Part shown: one piece after another, positions 39,208-48,415 of the stretch | How positions within the stretch are numbered: the stretch's first letter is position 1 | How the letters are laid out: each line of letters opens with the position of its first letter | IMG/VR virus record: IMGVR_UViG_3300008954_002004 | Location: 1-56,640 of that record | Source: a virus | Taxonomy: Duplodnaviria > Caudoviricetes | DNA length: 56,640 nt | Reading direction: 5' to 3' (one strand) | Translations under genes and position numbers: made by a program | The notes under the pieces: generated by a model | What the model saw: only the letters and a program-made list of their open reading frames with translations | Database searches by the model: none | What the model was told of the DNA's origin: nothing

Positions 39208-39419
39208 AACCTTTCTCTGTTGTAAAAATAAATTTGATCGTCACTTGATGCGCCATCAGGAAAATATTTTCCAATATTTGTTCCTGGACACCAACTGGCT
39301 CGCCATTGACCATTATCTTCTTTGATAATAACTGTAGAGCCAGGATTAATATTTTCAGTAAGAAAAACGTCCATTTCTTCCTCATTAGGAAAAACTGCTG
39401 TGCCTGTGTCCATGTTCAT
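39180..39419 (-). CDS. Hypothetical protein
   Basis: AGGA RBS; TAATG overlap. Confidence 0.55.
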   Translation of the reverse strand: MNMDTGTAVFPNEEEMDVFLTENINPGSTVIIKEDNGQWRASWCPGTNIGKYFPDGASSDDQIYFYNRERLWLEIPAFG

Positions 39420-39613
39420 TATATCTTTCCTGTGCGAATTGCTTCTAAGAAGTCTTCCCACACAGGTTTAGCGGCTGTATTCTTGCAACCATAACGCCTG
39501 CTATCCTGCCACAAGTTCCAGTAGTATTTGTCACACAAAGGATCAATTCCTTGAAAATTATATGACATTACACCCCGGAATTCCTCGAACGTCATGTTAT
39601 TCGGATCTACCAT
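39419..39613 (-). CDS. Hypothetical protein
   Basis: GAGG RBS; first gene after the sigma70-like promoter. Confidence 0.65.
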   Translation of the reverse strand: MVDPNNMTFEEFRGVMSYNFQGIDPLCDKYYWNLWQDSRRYGCKNTAAKPVWEDFLEAIRTGKI

Positions 39614-39652
39614 TATACTATACCTCTCGAATACTAATTAATTTACTATACT

Positions 39653-39680
39653 ATTATAACATATCGAGCATATCTGTCTA
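39653..39680 (-). promoter_or_regulatory. Sigma70-type early promoter with extended -10
   Basis: TAGACA, 16 nt, TATAAT, with TG one base upstream of the -10. Confidence 0.7.
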
Positions 39681-39685
39681 TCTTT

Positions 39686-40378
39686 TTATGACTCTAAATA
39701 CTTGAAATCATAGAATATTTCAGAAAGTTTACCGTAATCATTGATAATCATGAGTTTTTCAGGTGAATTCTTGTGTTCTTCGTAATACGAATGAGCCGCA
39801 TTCGCGCCCATTTTTGCATACCACACATAACCTGGCATATTACGAATTCCATGAGTTAAATATAATTTTTGTTGCATTTGAGAAATTTTATCAGGATTAT
39901 CTTTTACGACTTGCTTCATATATTCTCTAAAAATTGTTCGCCAAGTATGTAATGGAGAGGTATTATATAAATGTGAGGATGCTATTTCATCTATAAGGAC
40001 ATGATTTTTATCACTAATAGTGGCTGTGGAATCTAAATATTTTACACCCCAATCGCCAGCATCTAATACTGTATTTTTAGGAAATAATTTAAGTCCTCCT
40101 TGCCAACCAGAAAAACCATAAACTCCGTCTATTGCTTTCCAAAGATATACTTTATTCTCAAATCCTTCATATACAAATTCAAAATTATCTGCAATACGTG
40201 TATCACCGTCTACTAGATAAAATAAATCAGTTTTACATTGCTCAGCACAAAATTTATGAGCATTATGTATGCCTACTACATTATCTACTCGTTGTGCATG
40301 TGGTGCTTTTTGTTTTAGTACTTCAAAGTTTTCATCTGCATTAAGTTCATCAAAGCATTGAAAAAATACATCATACAT
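39686..40378 (-). CDS. Putative GT-A-like glycosyltransferase
   Basis: GI.NAH..CA....TD.FY.VDGD (DxD), GGLKLFP. Confidence 0.55.
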   Translation of the reverse strand: MYDVFFQCFDELNADENFEVLKQKAPHAQRVDNVVGIHNAHKFCAEQCKTDLFYLVDGDTRIADNFEFVYEGFENKVYLWKAIDGVYGFSGWQGGLKLFPKNTVLDAGDWGVKYLDSTATISDKNHVLIDEIASSHLYNTSPLHTWRTIFREYMKQVVKDNPDKISQMQQKLYLTHGIRNMPGYVWYAKMGANAAHSYYEEHKNSPEKLMIINDYGKLSEIFYDFKYLES

Positions 40379-40379
40379 T

Positions 40380-40715
40380 TTACTTCTTTTTATGAAATTC
40401 TTTTTGGGCGTTCATAAAACTTTGAATAAGAATTTGTTTTTGAACACGTCTATCTAATTTTACATCAAATATTTCTAATGCTAATTCATCGACTTGTTTC
40501 TTTGTCATTTCTGTTAGTTGCTTTTTAGTATATCGTTTTGGTTTTGGAGGTGGTGTTGGTTCTACTTCTTTGCTATTCCAATTCTCTTCTGTTATTTTAA
40601 TAGTTTCTTGAATAACAGGCTCTACCATTTTTTCGGCAACTTCTTGCACAGTTCTAACTGTCTTAGGTGAAGGCATTGTTTTAATACCAAACAACGCTTT
40701 AATAAAATCGAACAT
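40380..40715 (-). CDS. Hypothetical protein with a Rho-N/HeH-like C-terminus
   Basis: L..MTK.Q..ELA....V.LDRR..K..LI. Confidence 0.55.
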   Translation of the reverse strand: MFDFIKALFGIKTMPSPKTVRTVQEVAEKMVEPVIQETIKITEENWNSKEVEPTPPPKPKRYTKKQLTEMTKKQVDELALEIFDVKLDRRVQKQILIQSFMNAQKEFHKKK

Positions 40716-40745
40716 TAATATATCTCCATAATATGCTAGTATTAT

Positions 40746-41645
40746 TTATATTGAGTAAAATACAAAATTCTTTTCTTTATCATCAAATCGTATATCTATT
40801 GTATCAGATGTTTTTCTAAATTTATAAAAATATGTTGCCCAAACATCCATATTCATAACATGTTTTGTACTTCCAGTTTTTTCACATGCTATTCTACCAA
40901 TTAACATTATTCCATATGTTTTGTTAGGCAATGTGCATGGTACATGCCACTCTAACGGCGTCCATGGTACGTAAGAATTAAACTTTACGACATCAGTCAT
41001 AGTAAGACATGTAGTTCTTTTAGTGTCATCCCATAATTCATGATATAATGGATTTACGTCTTGACGCCACAATCTTGCATTATAAAATCCATTATAAGAA
41101 GAAGGTTCTAATAAACTAGACGAAAAAGTAAAATCTTTATCTACTTCAGATACTCCTGTTGTAATTACTTGTGGTTGATGTTTAAGTTTTTCAAGTATAG
41201 AAATATCTTCAAAAAGTACAAAGGATCCATATATTTTATCTGGTATCATTATTGCATTTTTTAATGCTGGGGTATTTTGTATATGTTTACATATATCTTT
41301 ATATCCAAAACGAAAAATATTACTTGATATAGTTTCAGACATAATTACATCAACACGACTCATAAATCTAAAATCAGAATTAAATTCCTGTTGTATTATA
41401 GTATATTTTGTTGATGGTATTTTTGCACTCTTAAATACTTTTTCAATTATATTACAACAATCAGGATTGTGCTCTATCATATAAACATGTTTAGCACCAG
41501 CATGTATAGCAAACAAAGACAATATGCCTGATCCAGCACCTATATCCATGCATATTTTATCAGGACATACTTGTTTTATTTGTTTATAAAACCAATTATT
41601 TCTATGCTCACTAGTAAATAATTCTTGTTGATGAAATGTATCCAT
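40746..41645 (-). CDS. PRMT/PrmA-like SAM-dependent protein methyltransferase
   Basis: RN..F...I, MDIGAGSGILSLFA..AGAKHVY.IE, VDVIMSE, MIPD. Confidence 0.78.
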   Translation of the reverse strand: MDTFHQQELFTSEHRNNWFYKQIKQVCPDKICMDIGAGSGILSLFAIHAGAKHVYMIEHNPDCCNIIEKVFKSAKIPSTKYTIIQQEFNSDFRFMSRVDVIMSETISSNIFRFGYKDICKHIQNTPALKNAIMIPDKIYGSFVLFEDISILEKLKHQPQVITTGVSEVDKDFTFSSSLLEPSSYNGFYNARLWRQDVNPLYHELWDDTKRTTCLTMTDVVKFNSYVPWTPLEWHVPCTLPNKTYGIMLIGRIACEKTGSTKHVMNMDVWATYFYKFRKTSDTIDIRFDDKEKNFVFYSI

Positions 41646-41647
41646 TA

Positions 41648-42388
41648 TCACATATTTAATTGATTGTACGCGACCAAGAATTTTTCCCAAATTAACGGTC
41701 TTTTTAAATTATTATTTACTTGTCTATATTGATGTATTAAATTCTTTAATATGTCATTATTAACATCAGTTATATTAGTAAAATCTACTAATTTGTCTAA
41801 TTCTGTAGTATTGTCATCATATATCAAATTGTCTACATCTAATATTAATAAATTATTAGGCTTTTTAGATATTATAAATTCTTCCATAGCCTTATATGAA
41901 TTAATGTAAGTATAAAGCATATAATAAGTACTTTTTGGAGATAATAAAATAGGTACTTTTATTTGTATATTACTAATGGCTTTTATTGGATTGAATCTAC
42001 AATATATAAATTTAGATTGTGGCAACAACTCAATTAACTTATAAAATCCAAGTGTATGAAATCTATGAGAATAATATTCATAATCATAATTCCGCCATTT
42101 TTCTTCTAATAAAGACATTAATTTCTCTTGGCTAGAAAACATATCTATATAGTATGTTTGTTCTTTTAAAAAATCTTCGTTAATATTAACTAAATTCCAC
42201 TCTAAATCTATTCCTTTAAATGTATCAAAACAATCTTGTTTTCTTATTGTATGTGCTGTGCCATCAGAAAAATCAAAATTTATATCTTTATCTAAATACT
42301 TTTTACTACAATTCAATAAACTTTGTACAAAACTACCACAAGCACCTGGATCGTATAATATAAAATATATTTTATCAAGTGGAATCAT
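41648..42388 (-). CDS. Hypothetical protein, Y.PGACG.FV..LL family (sulfotransferase-like N-terminus)
   Basis: FILYDPGACGSFVQSLL, G.AH. Confidence 0.5.
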   Translation of the reverse strand: MIPLDKIYFILYDPGACGSFVQSLLNCSKKYLDKDINFDFSDGTAHTIRKQDCFDTFKGIDLEWNLVNINEDFLKEQTYYIDMFSSQEKLMSLLEEKWRNYDYEYYSHRFHTLGFYKLIELLPQSKFIYCRFNPIKAISNIQIKVPILLSPKSTYYMLYTYINSYKAMEEFIISKKPNNLLILDVDNLIYDDNTTELDKLVDFTNITDVNNDILKNLIHQYRQVNNNLKRPLIWEKFLVAYNQLNM

Positions 42389-42939
42389 GTTCTAATAATA
42401 ATATCACTTTCCCAATCACCAAAAAACTGTTTCCAACTCTCATGATCAATCATGATAGGAAATTTCTTGCGTCTTGCTAATAATTGAAAGTAACTCGGCT
42501 TATATGGTTTCCATTTTGGTTTCCATATACCCACTGGGTCATGATTTCCTTTAAGAGAATTACATCGTGAACATGCTGAAACTACATTTTCCCACACTTT
42601 TCGACCACCTAGACGTTTAGGGATAACGTGATCATAGGTTACTTCTCTTACAGTTAGCGGTTGTTCACAATACGCACATATGCCATGATCTCTATAATAT
42701 AAAGATTCTCGTTTTAACTTCATAATAGACTTAACATTAACATAACTATTACGAGCAATAACACTTGGCCACTTCATATGCAAGTTGGGAGTTTGAATCC
42801 ATCTGTCATAACTAAAAACTACATGACAACTATCATTAAATATTCTACCTACAGCATCTTCCACAGGAACAGTATGCAAAGGTAACAAAGAAATTGGCAT
42901 GTATGATGCGTTTAGTACTAGCGTTCTTAATCCAAGCAT
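42385..42939 (-). CDS. HNH endonuclease (McrA-like)
   Basis: LVLNASY.P, RD...CAYC, T.DHVIP...GG...WENVV.AC..CN..KG. Confidence 0.92.
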   Translation of the reverse strand: MLGLRTLVLNASYMPISLLPLHTVPVEDAVGRIFNDSCHVVFSYDRWIQTPNLHMKWPSVIARNSYVNVKSIMKLKRESLYYRDHGICAYCEQPLTVREVTYDHVIPKRLGGRKVWENVVSACSRCNSLKGNHDPVGIWKPKWKPYKPSYFQLLARRKKFPIMIDHESWKQFFGDWESDIIIRT

Positions 42940-42960
42940 AAGGATATTTATTTTAAACAG

Positions 42961-43037
42961 TGGTTGGTCCGGCTGGACTCGAACCAGCGACCCCATCCTT
43001 ATCAGGGATGTGCTCTAACCTGCTGAGCTACGGACCA
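42961..43037 (-). tRNA. tRNA-Ile(GAT)
   Basis: Cloverleaf; anticodon arm CATCC-CT-GAT-AA-GGATG; GTTCGA; encoded CCA. Confidence 0.95.
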
Positions 43038-43633
43038 AAAATAGCATAATCTCTATACTTATTTAAACTGTCTTCTAACAATTTTTGATGTTTGGTCTCG
43101 TCTATTTCTAAATTCATATATACTAACTTTCGTCCTGGATCATCTTCAACACCATGTAAAAAAGAAGAAGAATGAAATACATACGTATCTGTATCTTCAG
43201 GAATTATAGGATATATTTTTTTATCATTTAATACTGTAAACAAAGTATTTGTCCTTGTGCCACTAATTAATACTCTATATCCTGCTGGTTCTACAGATAG
43301 CCATTTATTAAATGTTTCTATTTCGTCTAACCATTTTTTAGGTTCTATATCAATATGTGCTACAACTGGACCTATTTGTACATTTAATTTTAACTTAAGA
43401 ATAGATGTACATGGCAATAAATTAAACCAAGAGTCTAATTCAACATGTTTCTCTCTTAACGTTTGAAGAAGTTCATGTGAAATATCAGCAGTATTCCAAC
43501 ACTTTGCCCACCGACGATCATACAGTTTTTTTGATTTAATTTTAGAAACTACTAACGGTTCCACTTCACGCAAAAAATTATCTACTGGAAATTTTGGTAG
43601 TGCTACTGGGCACCATAATAAGTTAGTAATCAT
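43028..43633 (-). CDS. 2OG-Fe(II) oxygenase-like protein
   Basis: V.AHID ... EPAGYR ... LHGV...PGR facial-triad pattern; stop codon lies inside tRNA-Ile. Confidence 0.55.
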   Translation of the reverse strand: MITNLLWCPVALPKFPVDNFLREVEPLVVSKIKSKKLYDRRWAKCWNTADISHELLQTLREKHVELDSWFNLLPCTSILKLKLNVQIGPVVAHIDIEPKKWLDEIETFNKWLSVEPAGYRVLISGTRTNTLFTVLNDKKIYPIIPEDTDTYVFHSSSFLHGVEDDPGRKLVYMNLEIDETKHQKLLEDSLNKYRDYAIFGP

Positions 43634-43642
43634 AATTAATCC

Positions 43643-43732
43643 TGGCGGAGGGGGAGAGATTCGAACTCTCGAAAGGCGTTAACCTTTGCTGGTTTTCAAG
43701 ACCAGTGCATTCAACCGCTCTGCCACCCCTCC
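43643..43732 (-). tRNA. tRNA-Ser(TGA)
   Basis: CTGGT-CT-TGA-AA-ACCAG; long variable arm; G73; CCA. Confidence 0.95.
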
Positions 43733-43733
43733 G

Positions 43734-43818
43734 TGGTGCCCCGGGAGGGAGTTGAACCCCCACTACCAAAGTAACTGGTACCTAAAACCAGCGCGTCTAC
43801 CAATTCCGCCACCGGGGC
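43734..43818 (-). tRNA. tRNA-Leu(TAG)
   Basis: CTGGT-TT-TAG-GT-ACCAG; long variable arm; CCA. Confidence 0.95.
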
Positions 43819-43820
43819 AA

Positions 43821-44270
43821 TTATTTGTATTCGTAATTTACAGTTAATCTATTTGTACGTAATAGTTCGGCACCATTTTTAATATGGAAATTATGTGCCA
43901 TTTCTGTTTTGGGAGATAGTGTTACAAATCTTTTAACCCATGGTTTTTTATCTTTAAAGTATGGTAGTAATAAATTTAAAATTTCACTACCTGATCCTTT
44001 TTTATAACTCCACACAGTATAAAAAACTGCTATGTCTAATCCCGCCATAGTTGTTAATTGCTTTTCTGTTCTTGGCACTTCATCACAAAACGCTACACAG
44101 CAAATAGCATACGTCCAAAGAGCGTATACCTCCCTACCATATAAAAATCTTTCTCTTTCTCCTATGTTTGGCCGCACAGGATCATCTTCACACTTTGTCC
44201 CAGGTGGCCACAGATCCATAGGCTCCAGGCGCTCGAGAAAATTATTACTGCGCCAATGTAGTCTAGGCAT
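43821..44270 (-). CDS. GNAT-fold protein resembling the malonyl-CoA decarboxylase catalytic domain
   Basis: IAVFYTVWSY..GSG..IL and KRFVTLSP. Confidence 0.55.
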   Translation of the reverse strand: MPRLHWRSNNFLERLEPMDLWPPGTKCEDDPVRPNIGERERFLYGREVYALWTYAICCVAFCDEVPRTEKQLTTMAGLDIAVFYTVWSYKKGSGSEILNLLLPYFKDKKPWVKRFVTLSPKTEMAHNFHIKNGAELLRTNRLTVNYEYK

Positions 44271-44280
44271 TATCGCTCCA

Positions 44281-45351
44281 TCAAATTACGTAAGGTTCCA
44301 ACCTCTTCTCTTTATTTAACACTCGAGTGGGGTCGAAGCACGATAAATTGATAGTTTGATACTCACCAGTAGTAATTAGTTCCATTAAGCCGCGCCCTAT
44401 GCCAGGTGCTTCCATTAAACCTCTACCAGTAAATCCGGATGCCAAGTACACGTTGTCCATTTTAGGATGCTTGCCTACTACTGCGTTATTGTCTAACACA
44501 TTAGTATCATAATAACCTGCCCACGCATTTTCCAGTTTAAGTTGTTCAAACATTGGTGCTCGCATTGCCAATGGAATCCAAACGTCCTCATCAAAATCAT
44601 TCCAATCTGGTTCCAAGTCCTCTTGATCAAATCTACCATTGGGCGAGCCAACAATGTAACCATGCCCTTCTGGGCGCCAGTATATGCCTGTCGTAAAGTC
44701 TGCTGTAAGAGGCATGTCAGGCATGTGTGTAGGGCACTTTATATTAAAGACAGTATGCTTCTGTGGCTTAATTGGGATATCTGGTAGCAACTCGCCTGTC
44801 CAACAACCTGTCGCTACAACTATAATATCATTCTCTACATCATCTAAACTTTTAACATCTTGTTTAATAAATTCTGCGCCTTGTGCTATTGCTTGTTTTT
44901 TAAATTCTGTATGTAATGAATAAGGGTCTATCCAACCCTCAATGCCTGTGTCTGTATATGTTGCCATTGCTAACCCCTCTGGATTAATCCAAGGAAACAC
45001 ATCTTGTATTACACTTCCATCAATTGTATTAGAACCAGCATTACATCTACCTTGCGTTATTACTGCTGTCATTTGTTCTGCTTTTTGTTCCTCATTAAAC
45101 AGCATTAAATATCCATTTGCTGTAAATTGAACTGACTTACTAAATTGTCTGACAAATTGACTGCCATACATTCCAAGCAATATATTTTCTTCTTGTAGGA
45201 ATTGGTGGCGTAACCCACCACATGAACGTCCAAATGATGCTTCTGTATAAGTTGGATCTCGTTCCAATACTTTAACACTAACATTTTCAGCAGATAAAAA
45301 ATAGGCAGTTGATGCCCCTATTATACCACCGCCCACAATAGTGACGTTCAT
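44281..45351 (-). CDS. FAD-dependent oxidoreductase (DAO / sarcosine oxidase beta / FOXRED1-like)
   Basis: IVGGGIIG.STAY.L, ERD.TY..AS...S.GG.R.QF, EGWIDP, WAGYYD.N..D.N, GF.GRG.M.APG.G. Confidence 0.92.
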   Translation of the reverse strand: MNVTIVGGGIIGASTAYFLSAENVSVKVLERDPTYTEASFGRSCGGLRHQFLQEENILLGMYGSQFVRQFSKSVQFTANGYLMLFNEEQKAEQMTAVITQGRCNAGSNTIDGSVIQDVFPWINPEGLAMATYTDTGIEGWIDPYSLHTEFKKQAIAQGAEFIKQDVKSLDDVENDIIVVATGCWTGELLPDIPIKPQKHTVFNIKCPTHMPDMPLTADFTTGIYWRPEGHGYIVGSPNGRFDQEDLEPDWNDFDEDVWIPLAMRAPMFEQLKLENAWAGYYDTNVLDNNAVVGKHPKMDNVYLASGFTGRGLMEAPGIGRGLMELITTGEYQTINLSCFDPTRVLNKEKRLEPYVI

Positions 45352-45359
45352 AGCAATAT

Positions 45360-46028
45360 TTATTCTAACGTTGTTGACAAATGTATTAGAATAAAATCTT
45401 TACTTTCTATACCGAACGTTCTATAATTATTGCTGGCATGCATCTTTCGTCTATCAAAACCAAATACAAAATCTTTTTCCCAAGGAAATATTTCATCTAC
45501 TTCAAGATGATCCATTAAATGTGGATCATCACTTGGACCCCAAACATTACCATATTCACCATAATTTAAATTATTTTCATAAATTGGATCTTCTATAAAT
45601 GTATTAAGAAAATCCCTGACATGATCAATAGTTGGTACTTTCTTATTCCATAATATCGTATGAATATTTTTATCAAATGTTAATGGTATTATAAGAGAAG
45701 TTCCTACCTGATCTGATGGATCTTTATCTGAATCAACATGAATACCTACTGGTAAATAACATGTTTTAATGTATGCTGAAAAGTCTAAATAATCTAAATC
45801 CATTAAACCTAAAACTTTTTCTATATAATCACTAAATTCTTTACTATCACGATTGGCTTCAAAACGAGCCCAAGATAAAGATTCTTCGGTTAATCCGTAA
45901 ATTGATAAGGTGCGAGGATTTTTTTCATGATAAAATATATCATATCTGTGTTTATTTTCATTAAAATATTGAACAAAATACTCTGTATATTCTTCAGGCA
46001 TGTATGTCTTAACTGTAGGGTAATCCAT
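45360..46028 (-). CDS. 2OG-Fe(II) oxygenase-like protein (paralogue A)
   Basis: IHVD ... IIPLTF ... FD...MH.S; close paralogue of 47576-48370. Confidence 0.55.
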   Translation of the reverse strand: MDYPTVKTYMPEEYTEYFVQYFNENKHRYDIFYHEKNPRTLSIYGLTEESLSWARFEANRDSKEFSDYIEKVLGLMDLDYLDFSAYIKTCYLPVGIHVDSDKDPSDQVGTSLIIPLTFDKNIHTILWNKKVPTIDHVRDFLNTFIEDPIYENNLNYGEYGNVWGPSDDPHLMDHLEVDEIFPWEKDFVFGFDRRKMHASNNYRTFGIESKDFILIHLSTTLE

Positions 46029-46037
46029 TATAATATG

Positions 46038-47576
46038 TCACACATAAATAAAATCACCAAGATCAAAAACACAAGGTGTATGGGCCTTACTTCTAAAGTC
46101 TTGTCTAAAATTTCGTTCCATATTCCATGTTCCTTCAACACCATATTGAAATACAAGTCTTTCCATTACAAAACAATTACTGAGCCAAAAATAAGTATTA
46201 GTTCCAAGTTGTGTATGTTGAATTAATTTATCGACATCTTCAGTATTAAAAAGATCTATCTGCTCATAAGCAACATTCATATTACGAAAACGTTTCCAGC
46301 CGCGTTTTAGTTGAGAGGGAGCAACTTTGTTATCTTCTAAAAATTTACGCAAATAATAAGCCGACTCTTTACCGGTGTGTGTACCAATAGGGATATATTC
46401 TGGATGCAATTTTATAAATTGTTCTACCAGTAATGCAAAAGATTCTATCTTACCATTCCAGTTTTTTCTAAGATATTGATGCCATTTAATCGCCGCGGGA
46501 CTTATATCAAACATTAAAACATCTGTATTCAAACTAAAATACTCTTGTCCTAATAAAACATATGTCTTCAACCCACCACAAACTCCTATAAAATTATCAA
46601 ATTTAGTTTCAAAAGACACGGTATTAGTCGGCTTGGGTATCATAACAGGCTCTGTGTTTATAATAAAATAACCGGTTTTTAAACCTTTAGCTGCCGTGCG
46701 TAATTCGAACGCAAAATCTTCTATTTCATCAGGAACAGTATAGTTTAAGTCTAACATTAAATTCTCAATATGAGGATACATTGTTTCCGGAATCGAAAAA
46801 CCAGGTTCTTCGAATAAAAAGAGTTCTCGTGATTGATCATGTCTCCTAAAAAACTCTAAATATTCATACAATTTTTTCTTAATTTTAGCATTATTAATTT
46901 GACGCTTATAACTTTTTAAGACAATATCCTCAAACTCTGATGTTTCTGTTCCATGTACAATAATATGGTATCTATCTTCATTGCTATTGTTTATTACACC
47001 GTGCTCATAAGCAATATTAAAATAAAAAACACTACCATTATCATCATAAGGAACTATCCCGTTCTCAGTTATTAAAAAACAATCATCAGGATTATTAAGA
47101 CTCATATTAACAGCACGGCTAGGATTATCTTCTCTACTTCCATCAACATGAGGATTAATATACCCACCTGGTTCAATTAACATAAATCTAATTCTGTCAT
47201 AAACACTAACTGGATATTTGTTTTTAAAATAATTTGTTGTAATTGGGCACTCTGCAGAAGCATTAGTCCAATCTCTTTTTGTATCTTTATCAAGTCCATG
47301 ATCCTCAGGTATACCAGTGACATGATCATCAATACCATGAATGCATACACTTTTCCATCCTTGTGAATAATCTGTTCTATGTTCAACAAATAAATGTTTT
47401 ATATTTTTGGCTTCTTCAAGCATATCCTTGAATGGAGCATCTATCATGAGTTTTAACCATGGATACTTGCTTTCCCAAGTTACCCAATGTTTAGGATTTT
47501 TATTTTCTGGAATCATATTATAATCCCATATTTTATCTTTATGTTGTAAATAAAATTCTTGTATTTTTGAATTCAT
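46038..47576 (-). CDS. Aspartyl/asparaginyl beta-hydroxylase-domain protein fused to an unknown C-terminal domain
   Basis: GWKS..IHG, CP.T, RIRFML.EPGGYI.PH.D, H.V.N.S.EDRYHIIVHG. Confidence 0.8.
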   Translation of the reverse strand: MNSKIQEFYLQHKDKIWDYNMIPENKNPKHWVTWESKYPWLKLMIDAPFKDMLEEAKNIKHLFVEHRTDYSQGWKSVCIHGIDDHVTGIPEDHGLDKDTKRDWTNASAECPITTNYFKNKYPVSVYDRIRFMLIEPGGYINPHVDGSREDNPSRAVNMSLNNPDDCFLITENGIVPYDDNGSVFYFNIAYEHGVINNSNEDRYHIIVHGTETSEFEDIVLKSYKRQINNAKIKKKLYEYLEFFRRHDQSRELFLFEEPGFSIPETMYPHIENLMLDLNYTVPDEIEDFAFELRTAAKGLKTGYFIINTEPVMIPKPTNTVSFETKFDNFIGVCGGLKTYVLLGQEYFSLNTDVLMFDISPAAIKWHQYLRKNWNGKIESFALLVEQFIKLHPEYIPIGTHTGKESAYYLRKFLEDNKVAPSQLKRGWKRFRNMNVAYEQIDLFNTEDVDKLIQHTQLGTNTYFWLSNCFVMERLVFQYGVEGTWNMERNFRQDFRSKAHTPCVFDLGDFIYV

Positions 47577-48370
47577 TAATGTGTATGTATTAAAAGAAAA
47601 TCTTTACTTTCTATATCAAATTTTTTAAAATTATTACTCATATGCATTTTTTGTTTATCAAACATATAAGCAACATTTTTCTCCCAAGGAATTATTGCAT
47701 CTACTTCGAGATAATCTAATACTTTATCACCTTGAGCATATTTGTTATTTTGTGGGTTATCATGATACGCAATCATTTGTCTATTCCAAATATTTGGAAT
47801 ATAATCTCTATAATCTAAATTATGATCGTATGTTGAATGGTGAGCGTTACGCCCTCCAATGCCAGCAATATCTTCTAAAAATTCTCTAACATATACATTA
47901 TCTTCTACCATATTTTTAAATACTATTGTATGAATATTTTTATTAAATGTTAATGGTATTATAATAGATATTCCTGGTTTTGCATCACTTCCATCCGGAC
48001 GTAAGTCAAGTTCCTCTCCTTCATAATCTTTATGTGAAGTAACAGGTCCTAAATAGCGATTTGCATCAACGTGTAGACAAATTGGTAAATAAGAAGTTTT
48101 GATATATGCTTCAAATTCCATATAATCATTTACATCAAATAAATCTAAAACTTGTTTCACTAATAAAGTCGTTTTAGAGTTCTCATAATTATTTGTAGCA
48201 AGAACATGTCCTGATACTTTACTTTTCTCAGTTAATCCCCATGCTCGTAAAAAAAGTTCATCTTCCTCCCAATCAAAAATATCATAATTATGTTTATTTT
48301 CTTTATGGTATTGAGCAAAATATTCTGTATATTCTTCAGGAATGTGTTTTATAATTGTAGAATAACTCAT
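47576..48370 (-). CDS. 2OG-Fe(II) oxygenase-like protein (paralogue B)
   Basis: LHVD ... IIPLTF.KNIHTI ... MH.SNN ... IESKDF.LIH. Confidence 0.55.
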   Translation of the reverse strand: MSYSTIIKHIPEEYTEYFAQYHKENKHNYDIFDWEEDELFLRAWGLTEKSKVSGHVLATNNYENSKTTLLVKQVLDLFDVNDYMEFEAYIKTSYLPICLHVDANRYLGPVTSHKDYEGEELDLRPDGSDAKPGISIIIPLTFNKNIHTIVFKNMVEDNVYVREFLEDIAGIGGRNAHHSTYDHNLDYRDYIPNIWNRQMIAYHDNPQNNKYAQGDKVLDYLEVDAIIPWEKNVAYMFDKQKMHMSNNFKKFDIESKDFLLIHTH

Positions 48371-48415
48371 ATTAAATATTTAGCCGCAGTTGTTTTAATT
48401 CTAATAAATAATTTT

